A model generated the notes under the pieces. The model did no database searches and had not been told where the DNA came from. It saw only the letters and a program-made list of their open reading frames with translations. 48,629 nt of DNA from Promethearchaeota archaeon (lineage in GTDB: Archaea; Asgardarchaeota; Lokiarchaeia; Sigyniarchaeales; SOKP01), in assembly GCA_004375715.1 (NCBI GenBank), contig SOKP01000068.1, positions 1 through 48,629 of the forward strand. The letters run 5' to 3'. Shown piece by piece: positions 18,605-27,573 of the stretch (positions are counted from its first letter, which is position 1; every line of letters starts with the position of its first letter). The position numbers and the translations under genes were made by a program.

Positions 18605-19092
18605 AGGAGACGAAAGTGCAACAGAATTATATTCAAAATATGGAAAAAAATCAAAATATAGATAATATAATGGGTATTATTTTTTTACCAAAAAATCCAT
18701 TATTTTTCAAAAATCAACCTTTTTACATAAAAAAATTATGTGGAGTTTCGATTTTAGAAAGAAATATTAATATTTTAATTAAAAATGGAATAAGAGATAT
18801 ATTTATTTTATCAGAAAGTTCAGTAGATTTTAATAATGAAATGAATTTTGATAGTAGTAAATTTGATCAATTATTTAGAAAATTTGATGGAAGAAGAAAT
18901 ATCTATACTCTTCATATCTTAATTTTTGGAATTTTTGGTCATTTTCAATTTGTTATTTTTTCAATTTGTATTCACGCAATCATCACGAGTATAATTTATT
19001 CTATTCAAGCAATTAAACACATGAAAAAAGTGGATAACTTAAATAGAAATAAAATTACAGAAAACTTTAAAGAGGGATATTTCAATGAGTAA
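18601..19092 (+). CDS. Hypothetical protein: degenerate nucleotidyltransferase-like N-terminus plus a hydrophobic C-terminal segment
   Basis: Translationally coupled on both sides: ATGA overlap with the IPCT stop, and an 8-nt overlap with the ino1 start. IIFLPKN...KKLCGVSILERNINILIKNGIRDIFIL resembles an NTP-transferase N-terminus lacking the Gly-rich loop. There is no DGxxAR...GxxxDxxxD CDP-alcohol transferase motif. Confidence 0.4.
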   Translation: MKETKVQQNYIQNMEKNQNIDNIMGIIFLPKNPLFFKNQPFYIKKLCGVSILERNINILIKNGIRDIFILSESSVDFNNEMNFDSSKFDQLFRKFDGRRNIYTLHILIFGIFGHFQFVIFSICIHAIITSIIYSIQAIKHMKKVDNLNRNKITENFKEGYFNE

Positions 19093-20242
19093 AATTAAAA
19101 TTGCAATTGCTGGACTTGGTAATTGTGCTTGTTCATTAATTCAAGGTCTTGAATACTATAAAAGTAAGAATCAAGATAATTGTATTGGTTTAATGCATTG
19201 GGACATAGGGGATTATAAGCCAGGAGATATTGAGGTTGTTGCCGCATTTGACATAGATCAAAGAAAAGTGGGAAAGGATGTTGCAGAAGCCATTTTTCAA
19301 CCACCTAATTGTACTAAGATATTTTGCAGAGAAATTCCAAAGACCAATGTTATCGTTAAAATGGGAAGAGTTTTAGATAGTATTGCGGAGCATATGAAAG
19401 ATTATGATGATAATTATACTTTTTTGTTATCTTCTCAAAAAGAATCTACAAAGGAAGAATTAGTTCAAGAACTTAAAAAATCTAAAGCGGATATATTTGT
19501 AAATTATTTACCAGTTGGTTCTGAAAAAGCGGCAAAATTTTACGCTGAATGTGCTTTAGAAGCTGAAGTGGGTTTTATAAATTGTATTCCTGTCTTCATT
19601 GCTAGTGATCCTGAGTGGAGCATCAAATTCGAAAAGAAAGGAATCCCAATAATCGGAGATGATATCAAATCTCAGATAGGTTCTACTATAATTCACCGTG
19701 TTTTAACTAATCTTTTCAAAAAGAGAGGAGTAAAGCTAATGCGAACATACCAACTCAATACAGGAGGAAATACAGACTTTCTTAATATGCTTGATAGAAG
19801 TAGGTTAATCTCCAAAAAAATATCTAAGACTGAAGCTGTTCAATCACAAACAGCAGTTCATTTAAGCGATGAAAATATTCACATAGGACCAAGTGATTGG
19901 GTTCCTTGGCAAAAAGATAATAAACTCAGTTTTATCCGAATGGAAGGACAAATTTTTGGAAATATTCCCATGAATCTCGAACTACGCCTTTCAGTTGAGG
20001 ATTCAGCAAATTCTGCAGGGATTGTAATAGATGCTATAAGATGCTGTAAATTAGCACTTGATAGAAATGAAGGTGGGGTTTTATATTATCCTTCTGCATA
20101 CTTTACAAAACACCCTCCAATACAATACACCGATGTTGAGGCATATCGCTTAACAGAAGAGTTCATCAATGGAAACATGGATACCGCTAGACGCACAATT
20201 AAAAAAGCGGTTAAATCAAATGAACAAGGGATCAATAACTAA
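19085..20242 (+). CDS. ino1: Inositol-3-phosphate synthase (myo-inositol-1-phosphate synthase)
   Basis: Full-length colinearity with actinobacterial/archaeal Ino1 as I recall it: IAIAGLGNCACSLIQGLEYY, AAFDID..KVGKD, NYLPVGSEKAAKFYAECALEA, IPVFIASDP, IGDDIKSQIGSTIIHR, GGNTDFLNML, SKKISKT, SANSAGIVIDAIRC. Confidence 0.9.
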   Translation: MSKIKIAIAGLGNCACSLIQGLEYYKSKNQDNCIGLMHWDIGDYKPGDIEVVAAFDIDQRKVGKDVAEAIFQPPNCTKIFCREIPKTNVIVKMGRVLDSIAEHMKDYDDNYTFLLSSQKESTKEELVQELKKSKADIFVNYLPVGSEKAAKFYAECALEAEVGFINCIPVFIASDPEWSIKFEKKGIPIIGDDIKSQIGSTIIHRVLTNLFKKRGVKLMRTYQLNTGGNTDFLNMLDRSRLISKKISKTEAVQSQTAVHLSDENIHIGPSDWVPWQKDNKLSFIRMEGQIFGNIPMNLELRLSVEDSANSAGIVIDAIRCCKLALDRNEGGVLYYPSAYFTKHPPIQYTDVEAYRLTEEFINGNMDTARRTIKKAVKSNEQGINN

Positions 20243-20255
20243 TAACAAATCAATC

Positions 20256-20267
20256 TTTTTTTTTTTT
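20256..20267 (+). terminator. Oligo(T) tract (12 T), a candidate archaeal terminator downstream of ino1
   Basis: A T12 run starts 14 nt after the ino1 stop codon, in a convergent intergenic region. Confidence 0.4.
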
Positions 20268-20440
20268 CTAATCCATCAACCATTTTATCACTTTATTGAA
20301 AATTAATCATAGATGTGAATATAATATAGAGGTATGAATTAGAATAGTACTATTTAATATATATAAAAGCGTGAAATTGGCGTTTCACGATCTATTTGTT
20401 ATATAGTATGTTGAGAAAGAAAATTTAATATTTAGATCTT

Positions 20441-21103
20441 TTACTCTATATCAATAGATTTTCCTTTTCCTTTAATTTTTTTCAACCGAACTTCTAAGAT
20501 TCCATTAGTGTAGCGCGCTTTTGCATAATTTTGGTTAATTGCCGCTGGTAAATCAATTTCTTTAAAATAGCTTCTCCCAAAAACAGTTTTTTGCGTAGAT
20601 ATCGTAATAGATCTAGTAGTAGCATTCAGTTCGATGTCTTCTTTCTTGACTCCTGGCATCTCAGCAATAACGATAATGTGATCCTCTTCTTCGTTAACTT
20701 CTACTAAAGGTTCCCTATTCTCCCTTACTTTCGTTTCACCAGAGATTGGTTCTTTTTGTATGTTCCCAAACGAACCCATTCTTGGTTTCCCATCAGGTCC
20801 AATTCCAAAATTGAATCCATATACAAATGGTCCTTTTTTACCAAACTTAGACTGATTTTTCATGAATTCTTTAGTAAAATCTTCTGGTGAAAGCCCCTGT
20901 AGATCTTTAGGGAGAGATTTAGAAATTTGTTTGAATATTTCTTTAAACATCTTCTGAAACTCTTTTGAATTGAATAGTTTAGCAGGATCTAGATTTTTAA
21001 ACAGATTAGGATCGCCAAAACCCTTGAAAGCATCGAAGATATTTTCAGGCTCATCTTCAATATCTTCCTCGTCTTCATCATCATACTCGTCTTTTCCCGA
21101 CAT
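20441..21103 (-). CDS. hsp20: Small heat-shock protein (Hsp20/alpha-crystallin) with a long acidic N-terminal extension
   Basis: Alpha-crystallin domain: LVEVNEEEDHIIVIAEMPGVKKEDIEL...FKEIDLPAAI...AKARYTNGILEVRLKK. N-terminus DEYDDEDEEDIEDEPE. Confidence 0.85.
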   Translation of the reverse strand: MSGKDEYDDEDEEDIEDEPENIFDAFKGFGDPNLFKNLDPAKLFNSKEFQKMFKEIFKQISKSLPKDLQGLSPEDFTKEFMKNQSKFGKKGPFVYGFNFGIGPDGKPRMGSFGNIQKEPISGETKVRENREPLVEVNEEEDHIIVIAEMPGVKKEDIELNATTRSITISTQKTVFGRSYFKEIDLPAAINQNYAKARYTNGILEVRLKKIKGKGKSIDIE

Positions 21104-21307
21104 TTTATCACATCCTTGTAAAATATACCTAGATATTAATTACAAATAAATTTTTAAATATAAATTTAAATATAAATACTAAAGCTAGAAATATAATAGC
21201 TTTTATTCTAGAAAAAATTGTTTAGTTTAATAAACTTATTCCAACTAAATAGGTTTGTAATTCAAAATCAAAGTTAATTAAAAACAATTAAGTAGAGTGG
21301 ATCTTGT

Positions 21308-23125
21308 ATGTATTCGGAATTAAGTGATGACGACAAGGAAATGTATCTTGAAATTCTTAAAGAAGCACCAATCCTACCTTTTTCCAATTTCGTGAGTAGA
21401 GGGGATATACCTGATAAAATCGATATTTCACGCCCAAGAAGCTTTATCGATAGAGAAGTGTATAGGTTGGTACGTCAAACTTATAGAGATCGATCAGCTC
21501 GATTAATTCCCATTCTAGGGTCCGCTGGAACTGGAAAAACTCATGCGTATCATTCATTTAAAGATAAGGAAAGAGAAAATAGAAAAAAACTAGAACTCAG
21601 TACAGAAACAGAAGATGTGGGTGTAAGCCAACTTGAACCTACTGATTGGACTATTATATATGTTCCCAGCCCACCTGCTTCTATAAGAGTCTTATTACAT
21701 GTTTATACGTGCATTATCGAAGAAGTAGGCCCAGAAATCCTTGATATTGTCTCAGAAAAATTAGTAAGAGAAAAATGGGGGGGAAAAAAGGGCGGGATAT
21801 TTCAAAAACCTAAAATTGAAGAAGTTATTCAAAAGGGTATTAGGGAATTCCCTGGAATTTTCGCTGATTGCGTGAAAGCGTTGGTTACTTATCAATTAGA
21901 TAAGAACAAAAAAGCCTTAGCAGAACGATGGTTATTGGGTGATAATCTTGAACCAGATGAACTAAGCGAACTTGGAATAAATTCAGTTGTTGAAGAAGAC
22001 GATGTTTGCCTTGCTATGATTAAAATAATAACTGAAAATTTAGATAGAGTTCTTATCCTTTATTTTGACGAATTAGAATCCCCGTATCGTATGTTTGGAG
22101 AGGTTGCTGAAAGAAAATTCCTTGAAATACTTAAAAGGTTATATAACGAAGTTAAAGGGTTAGTCATTATTATAGCTGTTTTAAAAGAAATTTGGCCGAG
22201 AATATTGGAAATCGCTGACGCGCCTTTACGGTCTCGAATGGAGCCGGAACAAGAATTAAAGCCATTTAGTTTAAACGACTTAAAAATCTTTTTTAGCAAA
22301 TCGATGGAAGCATTCTGGGAAGATAACAACCTCAATCCTCCATTGTACCCATTATTTCCTTTGAACGAAAAGCTAATCGAGATGATTTATGAAAAAACAC
22401 AAGGAAACCCAAGGAACTCTATTAAACTTTGTAGAAGGTTTATTGACAAGGTCGTTACGGAGGAAATGACCGTAGAACAGTTGTTAGAAGCAGGTACGGA
22501 TATTGTGGCAACAGCTAAAGCAGCAATGGGAGACGCTGAAGAAGAGGTCATAGACTTTTCAAAGCCAAGAGAGATTATAAAGAAAACTATAGAGGAAATT
22601 TTAGCAGAGGAAGAATACATAATAGATGTAAATCCTTCATCGGTTGCTGGAGCAGCCCTAAAAAGTATTATGAAGGTTGGGGAGTTTAAAGAGAAGAAAT
22701 TCAACACCCAAATGGAATATAAATTCATGATAGGAAAACGGAGCCAAACTTTAGCCGCTTTAATCGAATTTGAGGGGAAGAAATGGGGGTTGGAGATTCC
22801 TTCTATAAAAACATTCGATAGAAGCGCTGGTGTCGCAGGTTATTACGCTGCAAAAAGATTGAAGGATGCTATAGACGAAAAAGCGATAGATTCTGCAATC
22901 TTAATAATTCCCGAGGGGAGTAGTGGTGCTAAATTTGAGATGATTTTACAAAACAAATCCGATATTCACAAAGTGGAGTTGACGAATGAAACTGGTGAAT
23001 CTCTTATTGCCAACGCGCTGACTTATCCATCCAGGGAGGGTTGGGAGATAGCTAGAATTATTTTTACAGATATTGGGGAATACGTTCCACCTGAACCCGA
23101 AGAATCACTAAAGGAAACGGAATAG
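21308..23125 (+). CDS. Large P-loop NTPase (archaeal-ATPase/ORC-Cdc6-like AAA superfamily) with an uncharacterised C-terminal domain
   Basis: The FIDREVYRLV...ILGSAGTGKTHA context (Walker A), LILYFDELE (Walker B) and a QGNPRNSIKLCRRF sensor-like helix. The ~180-aa C-terminal domain has no motif I recognise. Confidence 0.65.
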   Translation: MYSELSDDDKEMYLEILKEAPILPFSNFVSRGDIPDKIDISRPRSFIDREVYRLVRQTYRDRSARLIPILGSAGTGKTHAYHSFKDKERENRKKLELSTETEDVGVSQLEPTDWTIIYVPSPPASIRVLLHVYTCIIEEVGPEILDIVSEKLVREKWGGKKGGIFQKPKIEEVIQKGIREFPGIFADCVKALVTYQLDKNKKALAERWLLGDNLEPDELSELGINSVVEEDDVCLAMIKIITENLDRVLILYFDELESPYRMFGEVAERKFLEILKRLYNEVKGLVIIIAVLKEIWPRILEIADAPLRSRMEPEQELKPFSLNDLKIFFSKSMEAFWEDNNLNPPLYPLFPLNEKLIEMIYEKTQGNPRNSIKLCRRFIDKVVTEEMTVEQLLEAGTDIVATAKAAMGDAEEEVIDFSKPREIIKKTIEEILAEEEYIIDVNPSSVAGAALKSIMKVGEFKEKKFNTQMEYKFMIGKRSQTLAALIEFEGKKWGLEIPSIKTFDRSAGVAGYYAAKRLKDAIDEKAIDSAILIIPEGSSGAKFEMILQNKSDIHKVELTNETGESLIANALTYPSREGWEIARIIFTDIGEYVPPEPEESLKETE

Positions 23126-23164
23126 TCAATAATTTGATTAACATCAAATTAATTAGAAAATTTT

Positions 23165-24097
23165 TTATAAATTACCTAATCTCTCGTTTATTTTTGCATC
23201 TAAGCTAAACAACTCTTTTGCTAGAATATCTGCTCTTTTAAAGTTGTTTAATAATTGAATTAGTTTAGATGTTAATTCGTGCTGCTCAAAAGAATTAGAT
23301 ATGTTAATTAACGATTCTATTGGTCTAATTAACTCGTGATACAAATGAAGTTTGTTGTTCTGTAATTCTTCAATAATTGACTCCAAATCTTTCATTAACG
23401 ATTCTTGTGCTTTAATTAATTCTGGAAATTTTCCGACCTGTTCAGCTTTATTTGTTAAAAACGAGACGATGTCGTTTTCTTGGATAATAGCTGCTAACTC
23501 TGCTGCTTTAAGAAAATTCTTTTTAGCCTTCTTATAGAACTTGTTTTCTAGTAATTGCTCAGCCAGTTTAAGTTCTTCAGATAATTTTTCTGGGATTTCT
23601 TCTCCTAAAGCGATCAATTCTCTAGCTTCTTGCAAGTTTCCCTCATCTAGCATTTTTTTTGTCTTATCGTTGATTGTTTCTTTGATCAAAGCAGGTTCTT
23701 TTAATTTTTCCATTAAAGTGAAGATGGAATCAAATTCTTTTCGTAAAATTGATTCAAGTTTTGCTTTATCCGTTGTAAAACCTTCTACAACCTTTTCTGC
23801 TATGTTTTCTAGTATACTCTTGGACGAAACTAGATCCTCTTCTTGCTTAAGTACGAAGCCTAAGAACAGATTACCTCTTTCTATAGAAGAAGCGTTAATT
23901 CTCCACGAGTAATACCTTAGATCTTCTTTCCAATAAATCGTATTTGAAAATTCTTTTTGAACATGTTTTTCTTCAAAATCCTTTAAAGCATCATTAGAGA
24001 CTTTATTCTCTTGAGCAAGATAATATTCTGCTAACACATTTGGTCCGAACGATTCGTCAATCTCGTAGAGATATATTCCAATAGGCATAATACTCAT
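23165..24097 (-). CDS. Hypothetical protein: N-terminal alpha/beta domain (longin/roadblock-like pattern) plus a long helical/TPR-like C-terminus
   Basis: 310-aa ORF. The N-terminal ~110 aa alternate beta (IGIYLYEI, NVLAEYYL, TIYW, YYSWRI, LFLGFVL) with helices. The C-terminus has helical repeats (GNLQEARELIALGEE, FYKKAKKNFLKAAELAAI). The fold assignment is guesswork from sequence pattern only. Confidence 0.45.
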   Translation of the reverse strand: MSIMPIGIYLYEIDESFGPNVLAEYYLAQENKVSNDALKDFEEKHVQKEFSNTIYWKEDLRYYSWRINASSIERGNLFLGFVLKQEEDLVSSKSILENIAEKVVEGFTTDKAKLESILRKEFDSIFTLMEKLKEPALIKETINDKTKKMLDEGNLQEARELIALGEEIPEKLSEELKLAEQLLENKFYKKAKKNFLKAAELAAIIQENDIVSFLTNKAEQVGKFPELIKAQESLMKDLESIIEELQNNKLHLYHELIRPIESLINISNSFEQHELTSKLIQLLNNFKRADILAKELFSLDAKINERLGNL

Positions 24098-24234
24098 TCT
24101 TTGAAGTTGTTTATTGAATAAAATTATTATTAATTACTAGCTAATAAGTTTTTAATTTTATATTTTTATTTGATCCAACTAATTCATGTATTATCAAAGA
24201 AGTGTTATTAGATAATAGAAAAGAAGTGTGAAAA

Positions 24235-25137
24235 ATGGAAATCGAGGATACATATTGTGAAGCATTTGAAGGGTTAGTAGTTCAATTAATGGTCACTGCT
24301 CAAGACGCAGAATTCTTAAATAGAGCCACAAACGCATTTACTGCGCTTCCTTCAACAGTTTTTGGAGATGCGGAGGGAGGTATTGTTCGGTGGCTTTCTG
24401 AAAAAGAAACTATCGATGGAAGGTTGGGAGCAATCGTTCAATTATGGGTAACTGGAACGGGTAAGAAGGCTACAGCTAAGTTTTACGAACAATTTGGTCG
24501 TAGAATGAGACAGGGTATTCTTGTTGTTCCAACAACTGCAGTTTTTGATTATTATCCAAGAACAACTGAGTTTAAATTTAATATGATGGATAATGTAGGT
24601 CACTGTGGAGACGGATTCGAGTGGATTGTTGAAAAATTTAATCGAAAACTAATTAGCGTCCCAATCATGATGGGTTACGATTTTTTAATTGAAGAAGAAA
24701 TCTCTTACGCTAAAGGCGTTATGGGAGGGAATTTATGGCTATTTTGTGACTCTGTTAAATCTGGAATTAAAGTTGGAAGGGAGGGCGTAAAAATTTTGGC
24801 TGAACTCGATGATGTTTGTACCACCTTTGATGTATGTTCCGCAGGGTCAAAATTAGTTCCCCCCGATGCTAAATATCCCGAAATAGGTCCCTCGACCAAC
24901 CATCCGTTTTGCCCTACACTCAAAGATAAATTGTCCTCAGATGAGTTTCAAGTTCCAGCTGGAGTGAAATCAATACCAGAACTTGTATTTAACGGCCTTC
25001 AACTTGATGATGTAAAATTTGCAATGCAGAAAATTATAGAAGGTATTTCTGATATGAATGGTTTGCTTAAAATTTCCGCAGGAAATTACGGTGGTAAGCT
25101 AGGAAAGTTTAAGATATATTTACGAGAGTTAGGATAA
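24235..25137 (+). CDS. ftr: Formylmethanofuran--tetrahydromethanopterin N-formyltransferase
   Basis: 300 aa, colinear with Ftr as I recall it: N-terminus IEDTYCEAFEG, central GGNLW, PSTNHPFCPTL, C-terminus KISAGNYGGKLGKFKIYLREL. Confidence 0.9.
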   Translation: MEIEDTYCEAFEGLVVQLMVTAQDAEFLNRATNAFTALPSTVFGDAEGGIVRWLSEKETIDGRLGAIVQLWVTGTGKKATAKFYEQFGRRMRQGILVVPTTAVFDYYPRTTEFKFNMMDNVGHCGDGFEWIVEKFNRKLISVPIMMGYDFLIEEEISYAKGVMGGNLWLFCDSVKSGIKVGREGVKILAELDDVCTTFDVCSAGSKLVPPDAKYPEIGPSTNHPFCPTLKDKLSSDEFQVPAGVKSIPELVFNGLQLDDVKFAMQKIIEGISDMNGLLKISAGNYGGKLGKFKIYLRELG

Positions 25138-25162
25138 AAATAGAATTTTTTTAAATAAATTA

Positions 25163-25840
25163 TCAATTATTAGAACGAGTTTTGTTTGTTACCGGGAATA
25201 TCATTTGTCCATTTTTCAGTTGAGAAAATTTCGGATATTTTTCATCAAAAACAATTTCAATCTCCTTAAGAGGTAAATCCGCATGAACTCCGCGATCCTT
25301 GACATATTCTCCGAATTTATTACCTTCTTCATCAAAAGGAGGAAATGTAGCGTCATTCTCGCCGTCAAACTCGACCATTGGAGTAAAACCTCCTTTTAAA
25401 GCTGTTTTTGGGTCAAACGAGGGCGTTAATTTTACCCATTTATTATTAAGGTAAAGTTCGCTATAACCATGATAATGCATGACATTTGTTTCCATAAAAT
25501 CTATTATTTTTTGAGATATTTTATGATTTATCAGATCTACTAAGTGAATCCTAGCAGGAATTCCAATAGCACGTGCAAAGGAGGATAATAGAACGGATTT
25601 TGAGACGCAAAAACCATTTTTCCGTCTTAGAGTCACGCTGGCTTTGAAATTAGCTTTAGCAGAAGGAATATAAGTATGCATATTGTATTTGATTTTATCC
25701 CTTACCCAGTAAAAGAGCGCTATAGCTTTTTCACTTTCTGTTTCTAACCCTGCGGTAATCTCAAATGCTTTATTACGAACAAATTTCTTATTAAAATCGA
25801 AAAATTCGGTAGGTTGTAAATAAATATCCAAATTCCCCAT
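25163..25840 (-). CDS. Transglutaminase-like cysteine peptidase-fold protein
   Basis: Cys-His-Asp core pattern: NGFCVSKSVLLSSFARAIGIPAR, HGYSELYLNNKWVKLTPSFD. Confidence 0.7.
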   Translation of the reverse strand: MGNLDIYLQPTEFFDFNKKFVRNKAFEITAGLETESEKAIALFYWVRDKIKYNMHTYIPSAKANFKASVTLRRKNGFCVSKSVLLSSFARAIGIPARIHLVDLINHKISQKIIDFMETNVMHYHGYSELYLNNKWVKLTPSFDPKTALKGGFTPMVEFDGENDATFPPFDEEGNKFGEYVKDRGVHADLPLKEIEIVFDEKYPKFSQLKNGQMIFPVTNKTRSNN

Positions 25841-25881
25841 GATTATGAAAAAATTTGGTCATTTTTGAATATTTCCATTAA

Positions 25882-26985
25882 TTATTTCCTGAGCGCCCAG
25901 AAATAGTCTCCTCTTTCCCTTATGAATTCTGCTTTTTTAAAAGAGGTAGTAGCGATAAACTCCTGAAATTCCTTTTCGTCATAGAATTTCGATTTAAGGC
26001 CAACCTCTATGTACTTATGCCATACCTCGAAAAACATAAATCGATCCGCCGGAGTAAACAGTGATGGAATCATGTGTTCAACGACAATCAGAAGCCCACC
26101 CTCTTTTAATGTGGTATATAAATCTTCGAATACTCCTCTTCGATAATTCTCATCGGGATCCATTTCATGCAGTACTTGATTTAGCATTGCTACATCAAAT
26201 TTATTTTTATTTAAGGCAACATATTCATCTATAGGGATATGGAGAACTTCAACCCTATTATTCCAATTATTTTTAACAACTAATTCCTTAGTGTATGCAA
26301 TCCCGAGTGGATCGATATCAATTCCGACTATTTCTGCTTTTTTATATTTTCTAGCCCAGAATTCGAGATTGTACCCATAACCACACCCAGCTTCCAGTAG
26401 AAGTCCCCCTTTACGTAAAACCCGTTTGTGATCTTTGAAATGTTTGGAAAATAATCCTTCAATCTGGGGTACAGTAGAAGCAGTCCCACTCTGACCCAGT
26501 CTATTATCCTCTGGGAATTCTTGATAACCTTCAATAAAAGACACGAGCTCCCCTGTCTTAAATCCTCCCTCCATTCTTTCTTGCATTTTTAACCCTATAT
26601 AAAAGAGATTAAGGGTACCTCCCATGTAAAACATGCTTTCTCGGTTAACCAAAATGTCATAAACATGTGGTGCCGTCTTTAAACATTTATCACATGATTC
26701 ATCTATTTCAAATACTCCACATATAAGTGCCATATGGAGCCAAGCATCTAAATATCTATGATTCAACTGTAGTTTTTGGGCTAAATCATCAAGAGTAAAG
26801 GTTATAGAATTTACTTCCCCAGATACACTTAACGCCTTCCCTTTCTCGTAGAGATATTCAAAAATCCCCAATTGGGTACCCAAATAATGCACGATCACCG
26901 TTTGAAAACCTAAAGCGCCCTTGAGAATGAATTTTTTCAGCTGATCCCTAACTGTTAGTTCGGAATTTGGTTTAGTTGGAGCCAT
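25882..26985 (-). CDS. Class I SAM-dependent methyltransferase with an N-terminal winged-helix/dimerisation-like domain
   Basis: Motif I LLEAGCGYGYN, post-I IVGIDID, and a later LNQVLHEM...GGLLIV. Confidence 0.75.
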   Translation of the reverse strand: MAPTKPNSELTVRDQLKKFILKGALGFQTVIVHYLGTQLGIFEYLYEKGKALSVSGEVNSITFTLDDLAQKLQLNHRYLDAWLHMALICGVFEIDESCDKCLKTAPHVYDILVNRESMFYMGGTLNLFYIGLKMQERMEGGFKTGELVSFIEGYQEFPEDNRLGQSGTASTVPQIEGLFSKHFKDHKRVLRKGGLLLEAGCGYGYNLEFWARKYKKAEIVGIDIDPLGIAYTKELVVKNNWNNRVEVLHIPIDEYVALNKNKFDVAMLNQVLHEMDPDENYRRGVFEDLYTTLKEGGLLIVVEHMIPSLFTPADRFMFFEVWHKYIEVGLKSKFYDEKEFQEFIATTSFKKAEFIRERGDYFWALRK

Positions 26986-27145
26986 TTTTTTCCCTCATTT
27001 TATTTATTAATTATATTTTCCTTAACAATTTCAATTATGATGGAATTTCAAATTAAAAGAAGTGACTATCATTATTAAATAAATGCAATGCGATAAACTT
27101 CTAAAGACATAGTATTTTATGTAGAGGATTTTAAAAAAGTAAACA

Positions 27146-27211
27146 AAAAGTAGAAATAGAAAAAAATTTAATATTTTAAATCTTATTTGCGATCAAATCA
27201 ATTATGTCAAT
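27146..27211. repeat. About 66-nt relic of a convergent 3'-3' gene junction (end of a Trp-rich membrane gene plus the last 11 codons of a CCG Fe-S gene)
   Basis: 27192-27211 is identical to 28170-28189 (atcaaatcaattatgtcaat). On the minus strand the relic reads IDIIDLIANKI-stop, versus IDIIDLIAEKI-stop in the intact gene ending at 28154. 27146-27170 resembles ...aaagcaaatagaaaaatttag, the 3' end of 27574..28143. Confidence 0.6.
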
Positions 27212-27573
27212 ATATGTGTTAATATTGATAGATAGCTGAATATCTATGCGAAAGAAAGTAAAGTTTATTAATTTACTATTTACATAGTTTTGTATTTACT
27301 TCAGTTTGCTGAATTGTTTGCTTTTATTTTAAAATTTCCTTTACTTCATTATAGGGATATCGTAAAGAAGATGAGAAATTAAATAATAATTTAAGATTAA
27401 TTCAAGGAAAAGCACTGATAGCTTTGGTAGATGGGTTAAGAAAAAAATACATAATAGGAAATTAGTAAAATATAAGAAAAAAAAATTAACTTCATGTAAA
27501 TTATAAAGAAAGAGATTTCTATTATTATTTAGGACCTAAACAATAAAAAGAATTTTTTTTTAAAATTTATAGA

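Noticed and set aside
20371-20392. 7-bp hairpin CGTGAAA-TTGGCG-TTTCACG between the convergent ino1 and hsp20 genes
   Set aside because: It is an isolated short hairpin with no adjacent T-tract. It is insufficient to call a terminator or ncRNA, and the T12 run at 20256-20267 is the better terminator candidate.
21153-21176. Tandem TAAATATAAAT direct repeat and overlapping CTAGAA/TTCTAG inverted repeat in the hsp20/ATPase divergent promoter, considered as a heat-shock operator
   Set aside because: The sequence is plain A/T-rich, TATA-like DNA. It does not match the Phr-type operator consensus as I recall it, and there is no second occurrence to support a motif.
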